DNA from: Chara braunii | Lineage: Eukaryota; Plantae; Charophyceae | Reading direction: 5' to 3' | NCBI GenBank assembly: GCA_003427395.1 | Contig: BFEA01000002.1 | Span: 3,012,899 to 3,060,683 of the forward strand | Length of the DNA: 47,785 nucleotides | Shown here: one piece after another, positions 1-11,398 of the stretch | Numbering within the stretch: the first letter of the stretch is position 1 | How the letters are laid out: each line of letters opens with the position of its first letter | Program-made: the position numbers and the translations under genes | Notes under the pieces: model-generated | The model's input: the letters and a program-made list of their open reading frames with translations, nothing else | Databases searched by the model: none | What the model was told of the DNA's origin: nothing

Positions 1-562
1 TATCCTGGTGGTGGTAAGAGAACCACCGGGATTGAGGCTTTGCCTAGCGGGCCGCTCCATCTATTGGTGGGGAGCAACACCTGCTGGAAACCGGGTCCAG
101 CGTCCCAAAAAAATACATCTTTGCCACACTGTACATCAATGAGAGTGACGCCATGGTGCTGGAAACCGGGTCCAGCGTCCCATCTCCACTCTATTCTTCC
201 ATATCTAAACTGCAGCAGGGTCGGGTATTGGGGGGGGGGGCACCGGTGGGCACCGGTGGAGTCCCTCTCCATCCCTCTCCATCCCTCTCCATCCCCTAGC
301 CTCTGCCATCCTCCCACTATCCTCATGGCGCCCATTGAAGCAATAGAAAACCAGACTGTCGTGAAATAGGCTGAAATTAGCTGAAATCCTTTGGAGAGAT
401 ACAGAGATACAGAAGAATACTGAAGAGTACTGAGTATTCCTGAGAATGGTGTGGGAGGCCTCATCTGCNGGGAACCGGGCCCANCGTCCCAAGACTACCT
501 CTGTACAAAACAGTACCCCTCCCCTAGCTCCTGTGCTCCACCTGCTGTCCTCATGGCGTCCC
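1..562 (-). mobile_element. 3' UTR of a second, related LINE directly downstream of the first
   Basis: Repeats the 3'-end architecture of 563-760 (C-rich tract, partial hairpin 157-181, full motif 54-106) and adds the terminal hairpin at 2-32. Confidence 0.7.
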
Positions 563-1000
563 TTTTTTTGCGGGCCGCTCCATCTATTGGTGGGGAGCGA
601 CCCTGCTGGAAACCGGGTCCAGCGTCCCATGAATACATCTTTCTGCACAGAAAAAAATAGGAAAGGCGCCAATGCGCTGGAAACCTGAATCAGCTTCCCT
701 ATGTACTCTAATCGGCAGCGGGGTCGGGAGTTGGGGGGGCCACTGGGGGGCTGCAGTATCGAACAGGTTATCTNAGGATNTTGCCAANATCGGCCTAATT
801 ANTGTAATAGAAAACTGAGAAGACTGACAAGAGCCTCGNTGACTGAAGCNCCGACAGAAGCATACTNAAACACAGGCTGATCGACCAGAGTACAGGCTGT
901 GGTAAACAGCTTAAGAACCTGTGCCAACTCGCCTGCGAAAGGGAATTGAAAATTGGAGACCAGGATGGAGCACCAGAGCGAAAGTGAGATCAGCCAATCG

Positions 1001-4000
1001 CTACAGTGCTGGGAATCTGCCATGGTGCTGGAGACCAGGAGGTTCTGTAGGCAGCAGGATTTCTGCTAAGGAGAGTGGGTGGGGNGAAAAGGGGTCCGCG
1101 AAGTCCTGGGCTGGNCGTAGCACCTCACCCGGNTCCACATTAGTCCAATCATGGAAGACCAATNGGTAGTCCCTTTCTATCTCTANCCCGGGATCCTCTT
1201 GTGGCCCCGTTTCAGACAGGACACTTCTGGACCACTTTACCTCGGCCACCCGTCCTTCCNAGTCNTTTCNCAACCATTTCNTGNCGAAGCAAGAGATGGC
1301 TTTNTGTATGTCCCTNCNGTTGTGCATTTGATCGAGCTTGTCCTTAACANCTTTCCATTGGGATGCAATTTCATATTGGAATAACTCCCTGATTTGTTCC
1401 ATAGCTTCTCCNTCTGCCACCTGCGCTCCTTCTCNCTCGAGGATACATCTCTTCCACCATATAGTCCATAGAACGCTCCTTCTACCCAGGTTGAACATGT
1501 TCTCCACAAAGCTGCTCTCCCGGATCTGANNGTAGTACCCTAGGAGTATAGCCCTCCAATCCCATGGCCATTCTACCTCAGGAACAATATGCCGCCAGAT
1601 CCTATCCCACGTTCTCCACAAGAGTACAGACGTCGGGCATTGCAGGAAGATATGTTCGATGGTTTCAGCCCGCCTTCTTCCAGGGAAGCACCGGAGGCAT
1701 TTACGACACCATGGCAGCGCCTTCCCTTGTTGTTCAAGCCTGGTATGGTCAATAAGCCAGTCGTTAGTAGGTAAACATCTGTGTTCTATTTGCCATTGGA
1801 GTGCCGATATTTTGGCCGGTCTACAGTTATACTGTGCGAACCATCGAATGGGCCTGAGCAGGTTGCGGTCGATATTGAGATGCCTGTACCATCTATCCTC
1901 CACCTTCTCTCGCAGCCTCCTCTTGGGTCTTAACATAGGTAGACCGACTTAACTTTAAGCTTATATAGTGACAATGTGACTGCCCCCCCTTTCCCAGGCC
2001 TGGTACCACAGGTCCATTTCCATTCGTCGGGGTCCAGGGGGAGGTCCTCAATCGCGGTCATTGGGCAGTACACCTTTGGGTGTCCTTTAGACCCCTTTTC
2101 TCTCCCTCCATTCAAAGGGTTGTTGGTTCCATTGCAACCCATCGTCCTTTTGGATGGAAAAGATTTCTATTAATATGCGAGATGGATCAGTCATGTGCAC
2201 CCTCCTCACTTCCCTAATACGGTCAGGCAACCCCACCCAATCCCCTTCCTTCACGCAGGGGCCTTTTCTGAGGGTGGTGTACCAATGGAGGGGGAAACTG
2301 TCGATGAGTTCATTTAGTGCTATCTCAGTAAGGTGACAGTACCGCAGGCAGGCTCGCATTTGTTCCGTGTTCTTCCAAGTCCCTGTCTCCTGGTCCTATA
2401 AGTCCCCCACTCTCCGTATCCCGTGTTTAACCCATCCCTTCCAGGGAGCGTCCGAACTGCACCGCACCCTCCCTTCGGAGTCCGTTATTAGGCGGTTACC
2501 AAAGAGGGGTTGTCTGAATATTTCTTCCCNCCTTTCAGGCACAGGACGATCGGGGGGGGGGAGTCTCCTCCAGGTATGTAGAAGGCGCACCCAGTGTTTG
2601 TCAGCAGGATCTCTGTTTCGATACTTCCTAGGCACCTTCCAGTACCTGTCCTCTAACCACACCCGAGGGTCGATCGCTGGTGGGGATTCCGGGGCCAGGT
2701 CCGCGAGTTGGGCCAAGGCTAGGGGCACCCATGGGGATGAAGGCGAGAAAACAATGTGCTGGATCCAGCGAATTGTGAGAGCGTGGAATTGCGTGGCTGG
2801 GTCTACGATTCCCAGACCTCCTCTGTTCTTGGGCTGGATCATCGAGTCCCATGCAACCCGGCTTATCACATGGGCAGTGTTGCTGTCTCCTCTCCAAAGG
2901 AAAGCCGCTAGCTGTTGCTTAAGTGTTTTAAGGCCCCCATCACTCATTGGCCATAAGATGGCCTTATACCAGAGTGTGGCAAGGATTACGTTGTTAATGA
3001 CCAGCGCTCTCCTGAAAATTGATGTATGTTTGTTGTTCCATTTTTCAAATTTGGTTCTCGCTGGTCCGGCCAACCATTCATCATTCGTTGTCGGTTTTCC
3101 TCTGGCAGTCATTTGTGCCCCCAGCACTCTTAGGGGGTCATCGAGGGGGAGCCACGTGATTCGTGGGCTCTCCGGGGGTCTCCCCCCCTAATGGTGCATC
3201 CACCAACCTACTGTTTTTTGTCCCCAATTGACAGCCATATCGGACAGCTGACAGAACTTATTCATGAGTTGCTGAATCTCCTCCATGTTAGATTCTGTCG
3301 ATTCCATCATGATCGTAAGGTCGTCTGCAAACAGGGAACAAATCGGGATCGCATCTTGCGGAATGTTGGCTATCTTGATGCGCGAGAGATTCTTATTTTT
3401 TCTCAGGTTGGCTGATAATGCTTCCATCATGACCAGAAAGAGGTATGGGGCAATCGGGTCCCCTTGCCTCACCGATCGTTGGAGCTCAAAAGGTGGTGCC
3501 ACTGACCCATTAACCTGGACACAGGTCGTGGCATTTTTGTGTAGGATCTTAACCCAGCGTCAAAACGTGGGGCCGAAGTTCATTTTCTCTAGGCATTTGT
3601 CCAGGAAGTCCCAATCCACGTGGTCATTGGCTTTCTCGAAATCGATGAAGATGATGGCAGCATTTGCACGATTTCGTTGCGCCAATTGGACCACGTCATT
3701 AACCAGCAAGATATTTTCCTGTATGTTTCTACTGGACATGAATCCTGTTTGGGTCGGGTGTATAACGTCTTCCAAAACCTTTGCCATTCTGTTGGCTAGT
3801 GCTTTGGAAAGCATTTTGTAGACTACGGTGAGCAGAGTGATTGGCCTATAATTCCTGATGTTCATTTTATCTCCTTTTTTATAGAGGAGAGACAACACCC
3901 CTTTTCCTACATTTTCCCCCATTTCCCCAGCCTCCCATACGTCTTGATAGTACTCCCACAAGTCGCTGCTCATGTCAGTCCATGTGGCTTCCCAAAACTC

Positions 4001-5584
4001 TTTGGGGAACCCATCAATGCCGGGGTTTTTTTCTTCCTTCATTTGGAGAAGTGCAGTCCATACCTCTTCTTTTGTGAGCGGTTCCTCCAATCCGTCTCGC
4101 TGCTGAGGAGAAATTGAGCGGTCCATTGGGGAGAGAAATTTTTGTAATTCCCTGATTCTTGCTTCCTCCTGCGGGGATGGGATGTGGGAGGTATACAGTT
4201 GTTTAAAGAATTTCCTGGTGATTAATGAACAGTGTGCAGTGTCGGTGGCAATAGTGTTGCTATTCTCTGGGTCAAAAAATGCTTCGATGGTCGTCCGTCT
4301 AGCTCTAGTGGTGGCTATTGAGAAGAACTGTGTGTCCATTGATGCTTCATGTGCTAGATGGGTCATTTTCCCTCGAATTCTAATCCCTTGCCATCTATGT
4401 AATGCGAATTGTAGGAGCTGGTCTTTCTTGTCTTGGATAGCTGTGATAAGGTGATGCGGTTCCTGAGTGGAAGTAGTAAGCTGTAGCGACTCTACCTGCT
4501 GTTCCAGGCTTATTAGTTCGTTGTGGGTAGTCATTTCTTGGTATTGTCGTAGTGCTGCCTTGGCTTTAGAAAATTCTTTGCATTTCTTAGCGAGGAAGAC
4601 TAGGACGTTGTTAAACCAGGTTAGACGTGAGTCAAAAAGGTGTCTCTGCTGACGCCAGAAGTTCCATTCGTGCCTGATCATCTGTGAGAAGGAAGAGTCC
4701 TTAAGCAGGGAAGTGTTAAGTTTGTAGAAGNNCGGTCCTTGATCGGGTCTTTTCCTCATAGTTAGNACAATGCCGCAGGTTTTATGGTNCAGCNCCGGAT
4801 GCGGGCTTCNTGGAAGAATCAATGCCCATCGCAAAGCCCCTTCCAAATCGTTGGATAATAGGATAAGATCGATCCTAGATTTGGACAAACGCGTCGGGTC
4901 ATGATCGCGTATGCATGTGAAGACTCGCGCTTGGGGGTGCAGCCGTCGAAAGGTGTCGAAGACCGAAAGCGATTTGCAGAGGTCGGCTATCATCTGTTCA
5001 TCCTCTGCCACCGCGAAGGAGGGTGATTCCTGGGGTTTCCATCTGTCCAAATCTTTGTCGGGGGTGGCATTGAAGTCTCCTGCTAAAACCAAGGGGATGC
5101 CTTCCGGGATTTGCATGTCGATTCTCCCCAAGAATTCCCTCCTTTCCCCTACTGTATTTGGAGAGTAGATGCAGATGATGCAGAGCATCTCTAATTCCAG
5201 CATGCCCAGGACAGAGGCTCAGCGTCCCTCTTCTTCGTCCACTGCCCAGTGGACAGGTTGAAATCTGGAGTCTGGAGGGACCCAGATTGCTACCCCTGTT
5301 GAGCCGGGTCTCGGGGCGTGTGCTCTAATAGCTGAGTGGGGCCAGATTTGCTTATGTGCTCTGTTATGCTCCGGGTTATCTAACAAATGGGTTTCTTGTA
5401 TGCAGATTACGTCCGGCCATCGCCTGCCTCCAATTCCTTTGAGTTGATCCCAAATAGCTTGTCGCTTTTCAGGTTTGCTTGATGCCAGGCCATTAACGTT
5501 AATGGAGCGCAGGTCTAAGTCAGCCGAATCAACGCATTTCCGCCACGCCAAGTTCCTACAATATAATGTTTCAAGGTCATCCAT
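1001..5584 (-). pseudogene. LINE ORF2 polyprotein (APE endonuclease, reverse transcriptase, CCHC zinc finger), disrupted
   Basis: APE motifs: SINVNGL, ICIQETH, LAGDFN, SRIDLIL. RT motifs: PGIDG, NYRPITLL, DFEKANDHVDW, QGDPIAPYLF, FADD. Zinc finger: CRKC...ETIEHIFLQC. ORF pieces 5219-5584, 3560-5203, 3188-3502, 2396-3127 and 2087-2359 share one frame separated by stops; two frameshifts follow (1930-2142, 1001-1936). Confidence 0.95.
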
Positions 5585-5644
5585 TTCTTCCTATCCTCAC
5601 TTTAATGGATACCTGAGCATGAGATTCCCATCCATTTAGGTGTG

Positions 5645-8440
5645 TCATAGTGGGTGCCAATGCTTGAGGTCCCATTTATCTAGGTACAATACTTTTGCTC
5701 GTGCAATTCGACACAGGCATCGGCAAACGTCATCTTCGGACCAGAAGTCGCTGGCTTTGATCATGGCACATTGCAGGTCTAAGAGGGCATTATGGCTAAA
5801 CCAGCCTAGATTAGAAGTTTTATTGGGGTCAAAGAGCAGGTATAAGTCATCCCGCGCTATTTGTTCAGTAGACGACTCGAACCTCAATCCTGCCCCCGGG
5901 GAGTAGTATTTGGGGATGAAGGTTGGCATCTGGTCAGAGAACACGCGGCCTTTCTCCATACAGTCTTTCTCATGGAGCGAGAATTCCCAACCATGCATTG
6001 TAACGCCCCCGTAGTCCCCCGCCGGGGAGAGACCCAACTCCCATCTTCCTTCCACTTTCCTGAGGGGGAGTACCATCACCCCATTGGTTTTGGAAAGAGG
6101 TAGTTCGAAGAGGCCCCGTTCAACGAGTTGTCGGACCTTAAGTCTTCGCGAGGTCATCCCTTCCTCTGTTGTTCCCCTTCCGCCATCCGGCACTGCGCAC
6201 GAGGTCTCAGGTGAGCAGGGAGCCGAAGGCTCCGCCACCGGAGGCGGGTGAAACCGTCCTCGAGCGACGACCAATATGCATTGAAATGCCTCCGCCCAAG
6301 TTAAATGAGGGGGGGGGGGGGCGGAGGTGAGCGCGTTCCTCAGAGACGGGCTGTTGTTAAGGAGTGCCACTAACTCAACGTAAGATTTGTCCCAGTATTC
6401 CTCTCCTTCGTGTGGGTAGTCTGCTTGGAGATGTTTAAGAATCCAATCCGCCACTACCTGGATTTTCTGATCCAGGCTCATTTCTTGAGAGGGGGCATCT
6501 GGGTCCGATGGGTCCTTGGGGGGTTCCTCCATCTCTACATCAGGCGGGGGGGGAGATGTATCTACGTCCATTTGCTGCACCCCAAAGGCGTCCGAACAGA
6601 AGTCCGGGGCCAATTGATCTGGTTGTTCCTGTTGTTGGCCCTGCCCCCCTTGCGATTGCGGTTGTTGAGCATGTGACAGTTGTCGTTCGAGCAGGTGCGG
6701 TGACCGGGTCCTTGCCTGTTGTTTCAACCTTGTTCCATGCTGTTTCTCTGGGGTTGCATCCTTTCCTTTTTCCTTTTTTGTCGTATTGTGCTCTTCTGCT
6801 ATTGGGATGGGCTGAGTATCCGACCGACTGTCTGTCACCTTTTCTTCTATCATCAAGCTCGATTGAGCTGATGCTGGCTGATCCTCCCCATTAGGCTGGT
6901 CCTCTTCTGTAGAGACCTCCTCCTGGGTTTCTTGTGTCTCCTGGATCAAGTCCACCCCATCTTTTAGACTCTCAAAACGGTTACCCTGATTCTCAGCTCC
7001 TTTCTTTATTTCCACCAGTTCATTCTGCGGGGGTTTCTTCTTCTTGTTGTCGACTGCCACCCAAGTGCCCTGTTTTTTCAACTTCGGGGGGGGGGTGCAA
7101 ATGTGACTCCAGCGATTTGGGGGGGGTCCAGTTAGAAGGTGGTTGTGTCCCCGGCCGAGGGTCCCCCTGCCCTTCCCATGTCCAACCAGCTACCTCCCCC
7201 TCCTGCCCCCCTGGTATATCAATGTAAACCCATCCCTCATAACCCGGGTCGACCGTCCGCCACCTGGTTTCTTCGAAAGGGTCCTTTCTCAGACGTCCTG
7301 TGGGTTTTGTAGTACGTGAGGGATGTTGGCTGCAGGCTGTGTCAATGTAAAGGTGCCCGTAGGCCTGACACTTAAAACACCAGGGTCTATGTTTATGGGC
7401 GGTATGGACATGATACAATTTTCCCCCTACACAGAAGAGGATTACATCGTCAATCGAGAAAACATGCTCATCAACCAGATTTATGGCCAACATTAAGTAA
7501 TCGTCCCTCCGGGCCACATGCGGAGGGAGCGGGTCAATGAAATCAATTATGTCATATTTCTCGGCGATGTCCTGGACGAAGGCGGCCTGGATCTCGATCG
7601 GAATGNGNNGGAATTCTACCCAGAAGTGTTCTCTCATTAATTGCTCCCTGCGCTCTTCCGGTCGTTGCGGCTTCGGAGGGGCCCATGGGTAGATACGGAC
7701 CTCAGATCTATCGCACCGCAGAGATCTCCATCCGTCCATCGTTTTTTTGTCCGCCTCTGCCACACAGAGGACTGTGATAACAGACGACGAGGCCGGTTGG
7801 ATGAGAAACCGTTCACGTGCATTCGCCGGAGATCCTTTGAATGCAGCTAATCGTTCTTTAATCCACCCGACCTTATCGTTTGTAGATTTGAAGGCTGCGT
7901 CGTCGTGGAAGGCCCAGTTGCTTGCATGACGGGTGTAAATGAGGTCTCTTGTTCTCACAGCCTCCTCTGGCAGTGCTCTAACAATGGACGACTTGCCCCC
8001 TTGCTGCACGATTCTCTTCTCTAGGGTGGCCAGGAGGCGGGAGAGGAAGAAGGCTCCTGCCGTTGTCAGGTTTCTTACAGGAATCTTCCACTCTCCCCCC
8101 CCCCCCCTCGCCCAGGCCTCTCCTTCCTATGCTTGACTGCGAGGGCAGGTCGCTCTTGGACCTTCTCTGCCCAGGTCCTGGCAGTCGAGCAGTGAGAGGA
8201 TGAGCTCGGTTGAGGATCAGTGGGTGTTATCTCCTTGTCATTCGCCGGGTCCTTCCCTGTGTCGACCTTCATCTGATCCGGGGTCCGGTCGTCCTTGGGG
8301 GTATTTTCCCCTTCCCTCATTAGGCGGCCTTGGGCGTACTGTCTAACTATCCCTCTATATAACAGCATAGAATCGAGTCTCTTATGGGCCCGTTGATGGC
8401 GAGGCTTCATGTTGTTGCTCACCATCGTGAGATGCCGCAC
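5645..8440 (-). pseudogene. LINE ORF1 (gag-like), split by two homopolymer frameshifts
   Basis: Three overlapping ORFs (8075-8440, 7020-8009, 5645-7081) change frame near the C-run at ~8095-8108 and the G-run at ~7086-7096. CFKCQAYGHLYIDTAC is a CX2CX4H-type knuckle. The ORF ends 60 nt before the ORF2 ATG. Confidence 0.8.
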
Positions 8441-8459
8441 GTCCTGAAGCAGAGGGACA

Positions 8460-10390
8460 ATTGAGGATGGGGGGCAGTCGGGATCATGAAGGGAGGGTCG
8501 TAGAGGGGAGAGGGAGAGGAGAGGGGTGGGTCAGTTTGAACAGCAGGGAGTGGGGGACAGTCGGGAACGTGAAGGAAGGAGGGGGAAATCAGTCAAGATC
8601 ATGGAGGGGAGGGGGGATCTAATGAAACAGAGGGACAGTTGAGAATAGGAGGCAGTTGGGATCGTGAAGGGAGGATCGTAGAAGGGAGATGGAGGAGAGG
8701 GGTGGGTCAGTTTCGTCAGCAGGGAGTGAAGGGAGGAGGGGGGAAACAGTCGAGAGCGTAGAGGGGAGGGGGGATCGGGGTCGGGGGGAGAGGGGGGAAC
8801 CCAAGATAGCTGATGGATCTCGGGGAGGGGGGGACGGCCTGGGACGTCGGGAGCTCGGGGGGTCGCGGGGGATGGCTGTCGGGATCGCGGAAGGAGAGCG
8901 GGGGGCAGCGGGTGGATGGGGGTGTCGGGATCGCGGGCACAGGCGGATGACTATCGGGATCGCAGAGGAAGAGCGGGGAGCAGTGGGTGGATGGGGTGTC
9001 GCGGGCGAAGGCGGCAGGTGGGGAGTCGGGATGCAGCGGGTGATGAGAGGCCGTCGGGATTGTGAAGGGAAGAGGGGGAGAACAGTCGGGATCGTAGAGG
9101 GGAGGGGGGTGTCAGGATCTGGAGTCAAAAACGGGGGAGGGGGGAGCCGTGGTTCAGACCAATGCGCGGGGGAGGGGGAGGGGAGGTGAGGCCAGGGCTG
9201 TCGGGAGCACGGGGGAGTGGGATCGCGAGAGGAGAGCACAGTCGGGATCTTTGGGGGGGGAGGGGTGAGACCTGGGATGTCGGGAGCAAGGGGGGGGAGG
9301 TGAGGCCTGGGATGTCGGGAGCACATGGGAGCAAGGCTGTCCGCGGAGGAAGAACGGGGAGCTCGCGGAGGAAGAGCGGGGAGCTCGCAGAGGAAGAGCG
9401 GGGAGCAAGGACGGGTGGGGAATTAGGGTGCAGCGGGTGATGAGCTCAGACCAATTCGCGGGGGGCGGGATCTTAGAGGGGGAGGCGGGATCTTAGAGGG
9501 GGAGGCGGGATCTTAGAGGGGGAGGCGGGATCTTAGAGGGGGATGTCGGGAGCACGGAGGAGCGAAATCGAGATGGCTGTCGGGATCGCGGGAGGAGAGC
9601 GCAGTCGGGGTGGCTGGCGGGTGGGGAATCGGGATGCAGCGAGGGTGGGGAATCAGGATGCAGCGGGTGATGAGCTCAGACCAAATGGCGGGGGGTGGGA
9701 TCTTAGAGGGAAGAGGAGAAGAGCGCAGTCGAGGTGGCCGTCGGGATCGCGGGGGGGAGCGGGATAGATAGGCGAGGAATCAGGATGCAGCGGGTGATGA
9801 GCTCAGACCAATTCGCGGGGGGACGGGATCTTGGAGGGGGGGAGGAGAGGTGAGGCCAGGGATGACGGGAACACGGAGGAGCGAGATCGAGATGGCTGTT
9901 GGGATCGCGGGAGGAGAGCGCAGCCGGGGTGGCTGTCGGGATCGCCAGGGGGGCGGGATAGATAGGCGAGGTGAGCGGGGAGGGCAGGGGAGGACATGAT
10001 CGCAGGACGGGATTGGCTTACGTGGCCGTCGGGGTGGCTATCGGGATCGCGGGGGGGGCGGGATAGATAGGCGAGGTGAGCGGGGAGGGCAGGGGAGGTC
10101 AGGATCGCAGGACGGGATTGGCTGACGTGGTCGCCGGGATCGCGGGCAGAGTCGGGGTGGACGGGATTGGCTGACGTGGCCGCCGGGATCGCAGGCAGAG
10201 TCGGGGTGCGTCGGGATGGGGTAGGATCGTGGGCAAGGTCGGGACGGGTCGGGATGGGTCGGGAGGGGTGGTGGTAATTAAAACCGCCGGCCTGTACGTG
10301 TCTGTCTAGGGATGGGGAGGGATCACAGGCAGGGTCGGGACGGGTCGGGATGGGTCGGGAGGGGTGGTGATAATTAGAACCTCCCACCTG
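8460..10390. repeat. G-rich (+ strand) mosaic of degenerate tandem repeats upstream of LINE ORF1 (probable 5' UTR/promoter region)
   Basis: Recurrent units such as gggatcgcgg, gatgcagcgggtgatgagctcagaccaa and cgggattggct; 20-bp unit gggaggcgggatcttagagg x4 at ~9465-9542. Confidence 0.75.
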
Positions 10391-11281
10391 TTCTTATCTA
10401 TCAGTCTGTGTCGTGATGTTGTCTCGGTGGCAATTGTCCGTATCGCCGGTGTCGTGCATGTGGTCTTACTACCCTCACCGCGTTCGTTTCCTTATGCGGG
10501 GCCCCAAGGGTGCAAGACTGCGCACGGTCATCGGGGTCTTCTTTTCGCTTTCCTCTATTACCTCTTCCGGTCGTCCGCTTCCGCCGTGATGAATAGTCAC
10601 TCCGCGCTCACACGGTTCGTCTATCGCGGCTCCTCATCTCCAACTCGGGACTCCCGCTCTGGTGGTTTTCCTCTTCAGTTATCTGGGCATGCTATCTTCC
10701 TCCCACCGTTCCTCTCTCCACATTCGCCGTTGCCTTAGCACACTCTGCACTCCTCCTCTAGACACAGCCCACCTCTGCCCTTCCTCGATGCTTCTTCCTC
10801 CCTTCTCCCTCCACTGGTCGCAGTTCTTGCTGTCGTGCTGATCCCGTGCGTGCTATGGCGAGTGCTCCACTTCTTTTCTCCCTCCCTCACCATGACTCCT
10901 CTCGAACACCATCAGCGGGTGTTAGCGCTTGCACTGGCGCAAACCTGTTGCGCCGCGGGCGCTAAGCAGCCGACCGCATCAGCCTCTAAGTCTTGAGCGG
11001 AAAGATCACGGCCTAATCTACAGGATATCAAATTTTCAGATTTGTTTGCCAATTTTTCTGAGCGTGAAAAATCGTCAAACTTCACGCTTGAAAATGCTTG
11101 GCCCGGACCCGCCTGCGCGACGTTAGGGTTCGGACACACAGACACATCCTGACGTGCCAGCAGCCTGACGTCGGATACACTTCAAAAGACAGCAGTCCCC
11201 AAAAACAGACAGGGACCCAGTCCACCATAGTGGTTATAGCATCGGGCAATTGGGTATTTCGAAATTTGCGCGTGGGTTCCT

Positions 11282-11398
11282 TGCTTTTGTCGTCGCCAAC
11301 TGAAAAGAAGGGGCAACACGACAGAGGAATACGCAAAAAGGGGAAAATAAATGCTTTTGTCGTCGCCAACTGAAAAGAAGGGGCAACACGACAGAGGA
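11282..11398 (+). repeat. 47-bp direct repeat inside a CpG-rich segment
   Basis: tgcttttgtcgtcgccaactgaaaagaaggggcaacacgacagagga occurs at 11282 and 11352. Confidence 0.85.

Larger units (their letters stand above)
563..10900 (-). mobile_element. Near full-length non-LTR retrotransposon (L1/Tx1-like LINE); 5' boundary approximate
   Basis: ORF1 (CCHC knuckle) is followed by ORF2 (APE-RT-CCHC) on the minus strand. The 3' UTR ends in the conserved structured motif (577-628) and an A7 tail (T7 at 563-569). A repeat-rich region lies upstream of ORF1. Confidence 0.9.

Noticed and set aside
577-628. Known self-cleaving ribozyme (HDV-like, hammerhead, twister) as the identity of the motif
   Set aside because: I could not fit the HDV nested double pseudoknot, the hammerhead CUGAnGA/GAAA core or the twister consensus by eye. 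Catalysis is not excluded but is unsupported.
54-699. CRISPR-like array (palindromic ~25-nt repeat with variable spacers next to an RT)
   Set aside because: Spacing is irregular (~50-270 nt), the spacers are homologous to each other, there are no cas genes, and the same motif sits before poly-A tails of dispersed LINE copies. It is a LINE 3' element.
2367-3191. 274-aa + strand ORF (and other + strand ORFs over 1000-8000)
   Set aside because: These are antisense shadows of LINE ORF1/ORF2 with no recognisable motifs.
8619-9326. Pro-rich ORFs suggesting an extensin-like gene
   Set aside because: They are a by-product of C-rich tandem repeats, open in several frames and on both strands.
10388-10398. 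ctgttcttatc matches U2 snRNA near the Keno/Utopia target site
   Set aside because: Only 11 nt match and there is no other U2 sequence on either side of the element; likely chance.
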